Shown here one piece after another: positions 50,232 through 59,335 of a stretch of DNA of 64,000 nt. How positions within the stretch are numbered: the first letter of the stretch is position 1; the number at the start of each line of letters is the position of its first letter. A program made the translations under genes and the position numbers. The stretch spans positions 23,360 through 87,359 of the forward strand of contig JAGXGG010000075.1 of the NCBI GenBank assembly GCA_024636855.1, read 5' to 3'. The DNA is from Ignavibacteriota bacterium (lineage in GTDB: Bacteria; Bacteroidota; Ignavibacteria; Kapaibacteriales; UBA2268). The notes beneath the pieces were generated by a model. The model had not been told where the DNA came from and ran no database searches. It was given only the letters and a program-made list of their open reading frames with translations.

Positions 50232-50723
50232 TCAGACTAATTCCTTTAATAGATCATCCAAATCCAATCTATATGTGTACATTTCCAATGTTCCGTCTGG
50301 TTTATGCGGCCATTGATCTTTTGGCTTATCCCAATAAAGCTCTACTCCATTTTTATCAGGATCATCTAGATATATTGCTTCTGATACTCCATGGTCGGAG
50401 GCACCAGTTAATCGGTACTCGGCCTCCAATAGTCTTTTCAATATTGTAGCCAAATCTTTTCTTTCTGGGTATAATATAGCAGTATGAAATAGACCGGTAC
50501 TTCTTGAGTTACTTGGAGGGGAGCCTTTACTAAACCAAGTATTTAGTCCTATATGATGATGATAGCCGCCTGCAGATATAAATGCGGCTTCTGTTCCGTA
50601 TCTCGTGACTATTTCGAATCCTAATAATCCACAATAGAATTCTAATGAGCGTTCCAGATCAGATACTTTCAAGTGAACGTGCCCAATCCGAGTTTTAGCT
50701 GGTATTTGGTATTTGTTACTCAT
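50232..50723 (-). CDS. VOC/glyoxalase family protein (CatE-like)
   Basis: IGHVHLKVSDL, GGYHHHIGLNTW and DHGVSEAIYLDDPD motifs. Confidence 0.93.
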   Translation of the reverse strand: MSNKYQIPAKTRIGHVHLKVSDLERSLEFYCGLLGFEIVTRYGTEAAFISAGGYHHHIGLNTWFSKGSPPSNSRSTGLFHTAILYPERKDLATILKRLLEAEYRLTGASDHGVSEAIYLDDPDKNGVELYWDKPKDQWPHKPDGTLEMYTYRLDLDDLLKELV

Positions 50724-50726
50724 ATT

Positions 50727-51182
50727 TTATCCTTTTACATTTTTTTCATACAAATCAATCCATTGCTGTACAGTCATTCTAGTACAAAGCTCACCTATCA
50801 ATTCATAAGGGATTGTTTCTATTTTCTTGAATCTGATACAGCTTTTACCCATATCCAATTTCGTTTTTACATATTTTAGGTATTCACCTACAAACCAATC
50901 GAGCAGTTTTTTATCTGCATAAATACCCATGTGGTACAAAGCCACAAAATTTTTCTGCGAAGCAATACTAATGAAGGGGAGAGGTAGCTCTGGAGCGCAG
51001 TGATAACCGTCAGGGTATAGTGAATGTGGAACTACATAGCCAATCATACCATAACTCATCTCTTCTTTGAATCCTTTTGGGATATTATCAAATATTGTTT
51101 GCCTCAATTTAGACATTGCTTCTTGTCTTTCTTTGGGTATTTTAGAAATGTATTCTTCTGGGTTGCTTGCTTCTATTCTCAT
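50727..51182 (-). CDS. DUF1801 domain protein
   Basis: YGMIGYVVP, IASQKNF and LDMGKSCIRFK motifs. Confidence 0.9.
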   Translation of the reverse strand: MRIEASNPEEYISKIPKERQEAMSKLRQTIFDNIPKGFKEEMSYGMIGYVVPHSLYPDGYHCAPELPLPFISIASQKNFVALYHMGIYADKKLLDWFVGEYLKYVKTKLDMGKSCIRFKKIETIPYELIGELCTRMTVQQWIDLYEKNVKG

Positions 51183-51186
51183 TTTC

Positions 51187-51774
51187 TCACCATTTTGTTT
51201 CTAACTTTTCTTCACTAATACGGACGTTGCTTTTTGCATCTGCTATCTTATTATGAACACCACGAACATTGGGTATGAACTCAATACGAACAATTGGGAA
51301 ATTCTGATTCTTACTCGTGTCTCTTTTCTTGAAGCTATTTATAGTTTGTCCGAAGCTAATATCACCACTACCATCAGGTCTTTCAGTATATGCTAAGCTA
51401 GGTAGTGAATCTAAAAAGACTGATTTATAATGAACTTTGAAAAGTCCAGATTTCTGAATTATTCTTTTATTAGTTAGTCCATACACTGTGTTTTTCCTTG
51501 ATAAAGCGTCGAATATAAATCTAGCAAATAATAAATGAATACCCACTAAAATGAATGGTATTCCAAACAAAGCAAATATAATACTAGCATCCATAGCCAT
51601 GTATGTCCAAAACAAAGAAAAAGATAGCCACAGAATACTAAAAATAAATACAAATATATCAGTAGAGCGAAATTTAATTCCTGTTGCTGGTTTGTCTGCC
51701 CATAGCAATCTCTCATCTCCCTGTATCTGGTCGATTATCTCTGAGCGTGGGTCTATGTAGTTGTAGTTATTCAT
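51187..51774 (-). CDS. Membrane protein with bacterial PH-like domain
   Basis: ERLLWADKP, two TM segments, YGLTNKRII and DGSGDISF. Confidence 0.8.
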   Translation of the reverse strand: MNNYNYIDPRSEIIDQIQGDERLLWADKPATGIKFRSTDIFVFIFSILWLSFSLFWTYMAMDASIIFALFGIPFILVGIHLLFARFIFDALSRKNTVYGLTNKRIIQKSGLFKVHYKSVFLDSLPSLAYTERPDGSGDISFGQTINSFKKRDTSKNQNFPIVRIEFIPNVRGVHNKIADAKSNVRISEEKLETKW

Positions 51775-51871
51775 TAATTATATTCCTAATTAAGATTCAC
51801 AATATAACAAAAAACCCAATAATTTTTGATTATTGGGTTTGAATTTCTAAAGTGATATATACTAGAGTATA

Positions 51872-52411
51872 TTAGAAAGTTACTCTTAGGCCTGCATTGA
51901 TCAATAGTCCATTTGAGTATATTGGATTGAATGGAATCTTATTTGCATTTGCACCCGTTCCGACTCCGCCAATTTCTATAAAGTAATTAAAGTTTGGAGT
52001 GTGAAAGAATTCAAAACCGAATAGACCATAACCACCATTTTTCATACTTTCTGATGAAAATTTATCATTTGGGAAAAGTAGTATAACTCCACCTTCTCCG
52101 TATAATCTAATGAACTCATTCAAATTGCCACCTACGCCAATAATACCTATTGATAAATTCGTATATGGTGTCCAAGCAGTTTCAATGCCATCGATATGCT
52201 CAAACCAAGACATATTACCTCTCAATCGAAAAGCAATTTTGTCTTGTAAGAAAGAGGGGCTTGTTATGTTGAGACCAAATCCGAAATCATCTTGTATCTG
52301 ACCAATTTGAAACCCTATTCCAAAATTATTATTGATTCCACTTTTTTCTAGAGAATAGATATTACTGTTAAATGATATTAAAGTAATCAGAATAATTAGT
52401 ACCCGTTTCAT
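51872..52411 (-). CDS. Outer-membrane beta-barrel-like protein
   Basis: Signal peptide, Gly/aromatic strands, terminal Phe. Confidence 0.75.
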   Translation of the reverse strand: MKRVLIILITLISFNSNIYSLEKSGINNNFGIGFQIGQIQDDFGFGLNITSPSFLQDKIAFRLRGNMSWFEHIDGIETAWTPYTNLSIGIIGVGGNLNEFIRLYGEGGVILLFPNDKFSSESMKNGGYGLFGFEFFHTPNFNYFIEIGGVGTGANANKIPFNPIYSNGLLINAGLRVTF

Positions 52412-52423
52412 TAAAACCTCTTA

Positions 52424-52723
52424 TTATTTATTATTATTTTCTAAATGCAAATATTGTTTCATTGATTCTACAAAACCTGCAAAATCAGAACCGAGTAATT
52501 GTTTCCTTGGTTTAGTAAGTCCTTGGACTAATCTAATTATCAACCCAAAACCTTTCGGAACGTTTAGTGAGCGGAGACGAACATCAGCAGTGGTTACTGT
52601 AGTAGCATATATCTTGACTAATACCTCATCTCCTTTTGGAACTGGTTTGGCTATTTCTGCCTTTTCAAACACGTCGGGAGTCCCGTATTCTTTATAAATC
52701 ATTGCTTTCATATCTTTTTCCAT
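52424..52723 (-). pseudogene. Truncated zinc-type alcohol dehydrogenase/quinone reductase
   Basis: MKAMIYKEYGTPDV...EVLVKI...LGSDFAG, then unrelated sequence; Rossmann domain missing. Confidence 0.8.
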
Positions 52724-52948
52724 TTAATCTGTTAGAATTTCACAATGAAATCCATTCGATTTCACAATTGCTATTATATCTTTTTCTTTTATACCACCAT
52801 CTGTCATTATCTTCAATACATTGTCTGTGTCTTCTTGGTCTAAATACCAACTAGTCACGTTAGGATTGTTATTCAAGTCCTCAATTATACCATTTACTCT
52901 TTCGCCTTGCTCTATATTAGTTTTGAATATGAACAAATTCTCAATCAT
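52724..52948 (-). CDS. Small ferredoxin-fold/HMA-like protein
   Basis: FKTNI...[14 protein letters not shown]...GFHCE motif. Confidence 0.75.
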   Translation of the reverse strand: MIENLFIFKTNIEQGERVNGIIEDLNNNPNVTSWYLDQEDTDNVLKIMTDGGIKEKDIIAIVKSNGFHCEILTD

Positions 52949-53178
52949 TTCTTTTCCTCCGCTGGCTCATAAGAGAAAACATCTTCAAGCTTTTTATCGA
53001 ATATTCTGGCTATTTTGAAAGCAAGTTCAAGTGATGGAGAGTATTTTCCTTTTTCGATTGCAACAATAGTTTGACGAGTCACATCAACAGCCTCTGCTAA
53101 CTGCTGCTGGGTCATCTCATTATTATGAAATCTAAGTACCCTGATATTGGAGCTAATATAGTTCTTACTCATATTCAT
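52945..53178 (-). CDS. Cro/C1-type HTH regulator
   Basis: [36 protein letters not shown]. Confidence 0.95.
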   Translation of the reverse strand: MNMSKNYISSNIRVLRFHNNEMTQQQLAEAVDVTRQTIVAIEKGKYSPSLELAFKIARIFDKKLEDVFSYEPAEEKK

Positions 53179-53633
53179 ACTCCACTTCGCATATAATAGA
53201 ACTCAGATAAATCTGCTATTATAGCTGATACGAGTATACTAAAGAGAATAATGTTGAATGATATAAATACGTTAAAACTAAATACCAATGAGCTTAGGAA
53301 AATTAGAAAACCAACAATAAAGACATGATAGAAGTTTCGGGCTGCCTTTATATCTATTAATTTCCCAAATTCATCTAACTTATCAAACTTCGTCTTATCA
53401 CCAGTAATGATTGTATTGATTATAGTTAGTAATATCATCAGAATAATCTTACTAACTACAAATACAGGAATTAATATTAGTATAACAGCACTCCAAAATT
53501 CTATTTGCCCCTGTAAGTCTAATATCTTTTCTGCGTATAACTCAGATACATACCAATAGTAGGTAACGAAAGAGATAATTGTAGTTAATAATGAGAAAAG
53601 AGGTCTTTTTTCAGCTAATGATAATTTTTCCAT
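53175..53633 (-). CDS. Four-TM membrane protein coupled to the HTH gene
   Basis: Likely start MEKLS; DE..KLID motif; stop overlaps the HTH start. Confidence 0.75.
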   Translation of the reverse strand: MEKLSLAEKRPLFSLLTTIISFVTYYWYVSELYAEKILDLQGQIEFWSAVILILIPVFVVSKIILMILLTIINTIITGDKTKFDKLDEFGKLIDIKAARNFYHVFIVGFLIFLSSLVFSFNVFISFNIILFSILVSAIIADLSEFYYMRSGV

Positions 53634-53800
53634 TTGAATACTATTTTTGTTTAATGTATAATATAATTGATACAAAGTTAATAATAATATACACAATGTC
53701 AAATATATTATACGCTATGTGAAAAAAAAATGCTCCTTTTAAGGGGAGCCAAATTTTTTAAAGATTTGCTTTATAGCTATTGACTTTCTAAATTAGTCCA

Positions 53801-54280
53801 TTATTCTGTAGTTGATACTACATCAAAAGTTATTTCATTATTGATGAAATGATGGTCAGAAAGTGAATTTCCTGTTGTAACATTGTAATTCAAGAACCTT
53901 CCTATTTGCTTTTGTTTAGTAGAATCTAGATTTGGTTTGAAGCCATAAACCCATATCTCATATTCATTATCAGGATTTATTTCTTCTATTAATTGCAAGT
54001 GAATAAATTCATATACAGGATTTTCAGTATCGTGTTTACTCGGAACTACATTACCAACATAAGAAAAGAAGTCCTTAAATGAATAAGGAGTTACTAAACT
54101 TGTGTCCAAAAGTTCAATTTTCAAAGTATCTGTATCCTTTAAGTATCTGCCTTCCTGTAGATTGGTTTTATAATCAATTTCCTGAGGAGGGTTTATCGGT
54201 ACTTCTACAAATTTAACAGGTGTATCCCTGCATGAGGTTATTAAGATAAATAAGCTGACTAATATTAATAGTTTTTTCAT
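53801..54280 (-). CDS. Lipoprotein, paralog A
   Basis: Lipobox ITSC; DTLKIELLD and EIWVYGF. Confidence 0.8.
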   Translation of the reverse strand: MKKLLILVSLFILITSCRDTPVKFVEVPINPPQEIDYKTNLQEGRYLKDTDTLKIELLDTSLVTPYSFKDFFSYVGNVVPSKHDTENPVYEFIHLQLIEEINPDNEYEIWVYGFKPNLDSTKQKQIGRFLNYNVTTGNSLSDHHFINNEITFDVVSTTE

Positions 54281-54306
54281 ATTCTATTATTGTTTGTTTT
54301 TATTAT

Positions 54307-54786
54307 CTATTCTGTTGATGACTCTACATATACTACAAAGTTTTTATCATAATAGTACGGGCTCAAATTAGAATATTCCAAATCCATATAATAAAAGTCA
54401 AATCTAGAATTAATAAATCTTCTATTCGAGTCTATGTTTGCTTGAAATCCAAAAACCCAAAACTCACTTGTTTTTTCTGGGTTTCTTTCTATTGATAGAT
54501 CAGAAGTTATTGTTTCATAAACCCAATGGCTCTCACTATCACCTTCGTCCGAGAGTTGTGCAGTTACCTTAAGGATGTCTACAAAATCCACTATTTGATT
54601 GACGACATTTGAATCTAGAATTTCGATTTTAAGAGTATCATTGTCTCTAATGAATATATTTCGGTTAAAGGGATAAGTCTCTATATATTGATACTTGTCC
54701 ACTCCAACTTCGATTATCTTTGTTGGATTATCTTCACAAGAGGAAAATAGGATTAAACTTAAAAGTATAAAAAAAGTATTTTTCAT
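54307..54786 (-). CDS. Lipoprotein, paralog B
   Basis: Lipobox FSSC; DTLKIEILD and EFWVFGF; same 159-aa length as paralog A. Confidence 0.8.
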   Translation of the reverse strand: MKNTFFILLSLILFSSCEDNPTKIIEVGVDKYQYIETYPFNRNIFIRDNDTLKIEILDSNVVNQIVDFVDILKVTAQLSDEGDSESHWVYETITSDLSIERNPEKTSEFWVFGFQANIDSNRRFINSRFDFYYMDLEYSNLSPYYYDKNFVVYVESSTE

Positions 54787-54962
54787 ATTGAATTACTATA
54801 AGTTTTTTGTCTAATAACTTAAACTATAATATTAATGTTATATCTATTTTAATCGAATATACAAAAATTTGTAACAAAGCCAATGCAAATCAATCTTGAT
54901 TGTTAGTTCTAAATATAAATCAGTAATTTTGTCAAATCATCAATATACTTTACACCATCCTT

Positions 54963-55787
54963 ATGCACGTGGAAATACTAACTTCCTTACTTTTAGTTAT
55001 AGTTAGCATACTTATTAGTCTTTATGGCTCATTGGTTGGTTTTGGCGGTGGTATATTCATAGTTCCGATACTAATTACATTTTTTGGATTTGACTTCGGA
55101 ACTGCTGTTGGTACTACTATGGCATCGCTTATTCCTTCAGCATTTATATCTACTTTTCTGAATAGGAAAAATAAGAATGTTGATTTTAAGATGGGAACGC
55201 TATTAGAAATACCAACAATGGTAGGGGTAATATTTGGTAGCTTGCTTATCTCTTTCATTTCTGTCAATAGTTTGAAGGTTATATTTGTTGTCTTCATATT
55301 TATATTAGGGTTATCATTTTTTATTAAACTCGGATCAAAAAATAGTAATCTTGATTTATTCAACAAACTAAATAAACTAAAACCAAGCTTTATAATAAAG
55401 AATAGAAATCACTCGGTTGTATATAGAGCAAGTCTTTTTATGTTGTTATTCTTTGGCTTACTATCAGGTACATTAGCCGGACTATTTGGTATGGGTGGTG
55501 GATTTATGAAAACACCAATTATGATAAAAGTATTCAAAATCCCAGCTAAGATTGCTACAGCAACGGCTTTGTTTATGATATTGGTTACTAGTATTACAGG
55601 CTCTGTAAGCCACTATATGCAGGGGCATATCCATTTATCAAAAACAACACCTGTGATAATTGGTTTTGCTATAGGAGCTTTAATAGGGCATAAGGTTAAT
55701 ACACATATCAAATCTACAAAGCTAGAAAAACTAATAGGTTTAGCTCTAATCTTAGCTTCTATGACTATGCTTGTTAACCTATTATAG
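54963..55787 (+). CDS. TauE/SafE sulfite exporter family protein
   Basis: GFGGGIFIVP and GLFGMGGGFMKTP motifs. Confidence 0.93.
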   Translation: MHVEILTSLLLVIVSILISLYGSLVGFGGGIFIVPILITFFGFDFGTAVGTTMASLIPSAFISTFLNRKNKNVDFKMGTLLEIPTMVGVIFGSLLISFISVNSLKVIFVVFIFILGLSFFIKLGSKNSNLDLFNKLNKLKPSFIIKNRNHSVVYRASLFMLLFFGLLSGTLAGLFGMGGGFMKTPIMIKVFKIPAKIATATALFMILVTSITGSVSHYMQGHIHLSKTTPVIIGFAIGALIGHKVNTHIKSTKLEKLIGLALILASMTMLVNLL

Positions 55788-55917
55788 ATAGTGATTAATA
55801 TCCATATAAACTTTTGAATTCAATCATTCGTCTTTTGTAGCAAAACAAAAAACACAAGACCTTATAAAATTATTTCTTATTTTTGAATTCGTTAAATAAT
55901 TAAATCCCCCTTAGTTT

Positions 55918-57816
55918 ATGAGCGATCCGATAAAGCACGAATGTGGTATAGTTCTACTTAGATTATTGAAGCCAATGTCATACTATATTGAAAAATATGG
56001 CAGTCCTTTCTACGGCATCAACAAAATGTATTTACTTATGCAAAAACAGCATAACCGTGGTCAAGACGGTGCTGGATTTCTTAGCATAAAATTTGACCCT
56101 GAACCGGGCAGTCCTTATATATTTCGCCGCCGTTCAGTTGAAAATCAACCTATACAAGATATCTTCGGTCAAATATCTCGGAAGATAAATAAGAAAATGA
56201 GAAATAATCCAGAGTATAAGAATAATCTGGAACTAGCTGCTGAAGAGCTCCCTTATGTTGGTAATGTCTATTTAGGACATCTACGCTACGGTACATATGG
56301 GAAAAATAAAATAGAAAATTGTCACCCTTTCCTTCGCTCTAATAATTGGATGCATAAAAATCTGATTATTGCAGGGAATTTCAATATGACGAATGTCGAT
56401 GAGCTTTTTGACACATTAATTAACCTCGGTCAACACCCCAAAGAGAAAGCTGATACTGTTACTATACTAGAAAGAACTGGTCACTTTCTTGATGAAGAAG
56501 TAAACAAAGTTTGGTACGATCTAAAGAGTAAAGGTATTTCTAAAAAAGATGCATCACCTCTCATAATGGATAACTTAGACGTTGTTAATATGCTTCGTCG
56601 CTCTGCCAAAAAGTGGGATGGTGGATATACTATAGCTGGAATGATAGGGCATGGTGATTCATTTGTACTAAGAGATCCAAATGGTATTCGTCCATGTTTT
56701 TATTATATAGATGATGAAATAGCAGTAGTTACTTCCGAAAGACCAGTTATACAAACAGCTTTCAAAGTAGATACAGAAGATGTAAAAGAGCTTGATCCCG
56801 GTCATGCTATTATTATAAAGAAAGACGGACGAATTTCATTCGAAGAAATCCGTGAACCGGGTGAAAAATTATCTTGCTCATTTGAAAGAATATATTTTTC
56901 TCGTGGGAACGATGCTGATATATATAATGAGAGATTAGAGTTAGGTAGACAAGTAACTAAACAAGTAATTCACTCTATTGCTGGTGATTTGGATAATACA
57001 GTATTCTCGTTCATTCCGAATACAGCTGAAGTAGCTTTCTATGGGCTTCTCAAAGGAATGGAAGATTACCAAAAACGTATTCAGATAGATGAGATAAAGG
57101 ACAGAAATGGTACTCTATCTTATGAAGAATTAAGTAAAATACTAGAAAGACGAGTTAGACTAGAGAAAATAGCTATCAAAGATGCTAAGCTTCGTACATT
57201 CATAACTGAAGACAGCTCAAGAGATGATTTGGTTTCACATATATATGATGTCACTTATGGCAAAGTAAAGCCAACAGACACCCTTGTCGTACTAGATGAT
57301 AGTATCGTCCGTGGCACTACTCTCCAAAAGAGTATTATCAGGATATTAGACACCTTGAAGCCAAAGAAAATAATAGTAGTTTCTTCTGCACCACAGATTC
57401 GTTACCCTGATTGTTATGGTATTGACATGGCAAAGCTTGGTGATTTTATTGCCTTCAAAGCTGCAATTGAACTACTAAAAGAGCAAGGGAAAGAAGCAGT
57501 TATTGATGAAGTTTATGAGAAATGTAAGGCTTCAGTTACTCTTCCTGAGTATGATGGCATCAATTACGTGAAAGGCATTTATGACCTATTTACTTATGAA
57601 GAAGTATCAAACAAAGTGGCTCAGCTAATACGCGAAGAAACAATTAATGCAGAAGTAGAAGTCATCTTCCAGACTGTTGACCATTTACATATTGCTTGCC
57701 CAAATCATAAAGGTGATTGGTATTTCACTGGGAACTACCCTACAGAAAGCGGAATGAGAGTAGTTAATCGTGCATTTATCAATTATTACGAAGGGAAAAA
57801 CGTAAGAGCATACTAA
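55918..57816 (+). CDS. purF: Amidophosphoribosyltransferase (long Bacteroidota type)
   Basis: HECG, QHNRGQDGAG, CSFERIYFSR, VLDDSIVRGTT and YPDCYGIDM motifs. Confidence 0.95.
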   Translation: MSDPIKHECGIVLLRLLKPMSYYIEKYGSPFYGINKMYLLMQKQHNRGQDGAGFLSIKFDPEPGSPYIFRRRSVENQPIQDIFGQISRKINKKMRNNPEYKNNLELAAEELPYVGNVYLGHLRYGTYGKNKIENCHPFLRSNNWMHKNLIIAGNFNMTNVDELFDTLINLGQHPKEKADTVTILERTGHFLDEEVNKVWYDLKSKGISKKDASPLIMDNLDVVNMLRRSAKKWDGGYTIAGMIGHGDSFVLRDPNGIRPCFYYIDDEIAVVTSERPVIQTAFKVDTEDVKELDPGHAIIIKKDGRISFEEIREPGEKLSCSFERIYFSRGNDADIYNERLELGRQVTKQVIHSIAGDLDNTVFSFIPNTAEVAFYGLLKGMEDYQKRIQIDEIKDRNGTLSYEELSKILERRVRLEKIAIKDAKLRTFITEDSSRDDLVSHIYDVTYGKVKPTDTLVVLDDSIVRGTTLQKSIIRILDTLKPKKIIVVSSAPQIRYPDCYGIDMAKLGDFIAFKAAIELLKEQGKEAVIDEVYEKCKASVTLPEYDGINYVKGIYDLFTYEEVSNKVAQLIREETINAEVEVIFQTVDHLHIACPNHKGDWYFTGNYPTESGMRVVNRAFINYYEGKNVRAY

Positions 57817-58169
57817 TGGACAATACTCAAGTTGGACATAATTTTGAAAAATTGGCCGAAGATTATCTAATCAAAAAAGGCTATAAGATTATAAAAAGAA
57901 ACTTTCATTATGGAAAGCTTGGGGAAATAGACATAGTTGCAGAAATAAATAATATTCTTGTCTTTTGTGAAGTAAAAGGAAGGAATAATAATAACTTTGG
58001 GACAGCTATTGAGTCAGTGTCTTACGGCAAGCAAATGAAACTTAGAAAGGCTGCCGAGGGTTATTTGAATATCAATAAAATAACTGACAAAGATTGCCGT
58101 ATGGACTTAGTAGCAATAGATATAATTGCTGGAAAACCACAAATCACACATTTAGAAAATGCGTTTTAA
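57816..58169 (+). CDS. yraN: YraN family endonuclease-like protein
   Basis: GEIDIVA...FCEVKGR...CRMD motifs. Confidence 0.93.
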   Translation: MDNTQVGHNFEKLAEDYLIKKGYKIIKRNFHYGKLGEIDIVAEINNILVFCEVKGRNNNNFGTAIESVSYGKQMKLRKAAEGYLNINKITDKDCRMDLVAIDIIAGKPQITHLENAF

Positions 58170-58728
58170 ATTTCTAATATTGACAATATTCCTCCTGACT
58201 ATAAGTACTACTTGGGCCAGTAAATATCCACATCATCAACTTGGTATTAGCTACTCAACCATTTCAGGGACAGGTCTTGGCTACGTTATAGAACTCGACA
58301 GACACAATGCATTCCAATTCACAGTGATGCCTTATTACACTGGTAGCAACGCTGAAAATAATCTTAACCTAACCGTTATCACAGGTGTAGAGTATCAGAA
58401 AACAATTTATAGGAATTCAGAACACAAAGTTTACGGGTTCGCCGCTGCTAGTTTATGGTATTTTGAGAAGAATAGTGTGACATACATTAATCCAGGTACA
58501 GATTTCGAGAAACAAATAAATCTATATGATAAAGATGTCTTTCATAACTTAGGGTTAGGTGTCGGTTACAACTATATATTGAATGAGGCAGTTTCATTCA
58601 ATATGAATCTCGGTTTGCAATACCAAACAACTTCTAATGACTCGTATCACAACTACCTAGAGAGAACCAATGGTAAAGAGTCATTTATCGGACTTGGTGG
58701 TGGAGTTGGTATCCTTTTTCATCTCTGA
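58159..58728 (+). CDS. Outer-membrane beta-barrel-like protein
   Basis: Signal peptide; GLGVGYNY and GGGVGILFHL. Confidence 0.75.
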   Translation: MRFKFLILTIFLLTISTTWASKYPHHQLGISYSTISGTGLGYVIELDRHNAFQFTVMPYYTGSNAENNLNLTVITGVEYQKTIYRNSEHKVYGFAAASLWYFEKNSVTYINPGTDFEKQINLYDKDVFHNLGLGVGYNYILNEAVSFNMNLGLQYQTTSNDSYHNYLERTNGKESFIGLGGGVGILFHL

Positions 58729-59040
58729 TGCTTTTCTAGTCGAATCTATATTGCGAATCTCTACTTCAGTTTGAATACGTATAGAATCCAACATTTCCGC
58801 TAATCTTTTAGGCTTCTCTGAAGACATCTTTAAATAAACCTTACGAAATTCTGGTTCGCTAATATTATACTTTTCGAATACTTCGTTTACTTTAGAAGTT
58901 CCCTCTTCTCTATCTACAGTGCTTTCTCTTGCTATTAGAACTTCTTGGTAAATCTGAATGAATTTCTCATCCGTCATTTCACCTTCTTCACTACACGCAA
59001 AAACAAGCACCAAACTTAATATCATTATTATCTTTTTCAT
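58681..59040 (-). CDS. Lipoprotein (DUF4296-like)
   Basis: Start MKKIIM, lipobox VFAC; FEKYNISEPEF. Confidence 0.75.
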   Translation of the reverse strand: MKKIIMILSLVLVFACSEEGEMTDEKFIQIYQEVLIARESTVDREEGTSKVNEVFEKYNISEPEFRKVYLKMSSEKPKRLAEMLDSIRIQTEVEIRNIDSTRKASEMKKDTNSTTKSDK

Positions 59041-59075
59041 AATGCAATATATGGAAAATCTAAGAATTGAATAAT

Positions 59076-59183
59076 AAAAAAGCCGAATAGTCAAAAGACT
59101 ACTCGGCTTGTAATTATCAAACAATTATCTAAGAGTGATTATCTCACAACAGATACTTGTCTAGTTTCAACTTTATCACCCAT
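59076..59183 (-). repeat. 108-bp direct repeat (T9SS gene 3' end plus terminator), copy at 63450-63557
   Basis: Both copies encode MGDKVETRQVSVVR* and share the downstream spacer and hairpin. Confidence 0.92.
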
Positions 59184-59231
59184 TCTCAATGTAATGAAAT
59201 ATTTTCCTGTGTTCAGTTTCAAGCCAATTAG
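59139..59231 (-). pseudogene. Orphan T9SS C-terminal tail
   Basis: LIGLKLNTGKYFITLRMGDKVETRQVSVVR* with no upstream gene body. Confidence 0.8.
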
Positions 59232-59335
59232 TACCAATTTAGATATAAAATGTAATATTTAAATACGATAAATAGATAGAAAGAATATTTTTATATTAAC
59301 TTTATTTTTTCTAAGTTGCCATATGTTTATTATTT

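Noticed and set aside
58681-58728. 48-bp convergent overlap of two genes as a regulatory feature
   Set aside because: Short tail-to-tail overlaps are common and there is no further supporting signal.
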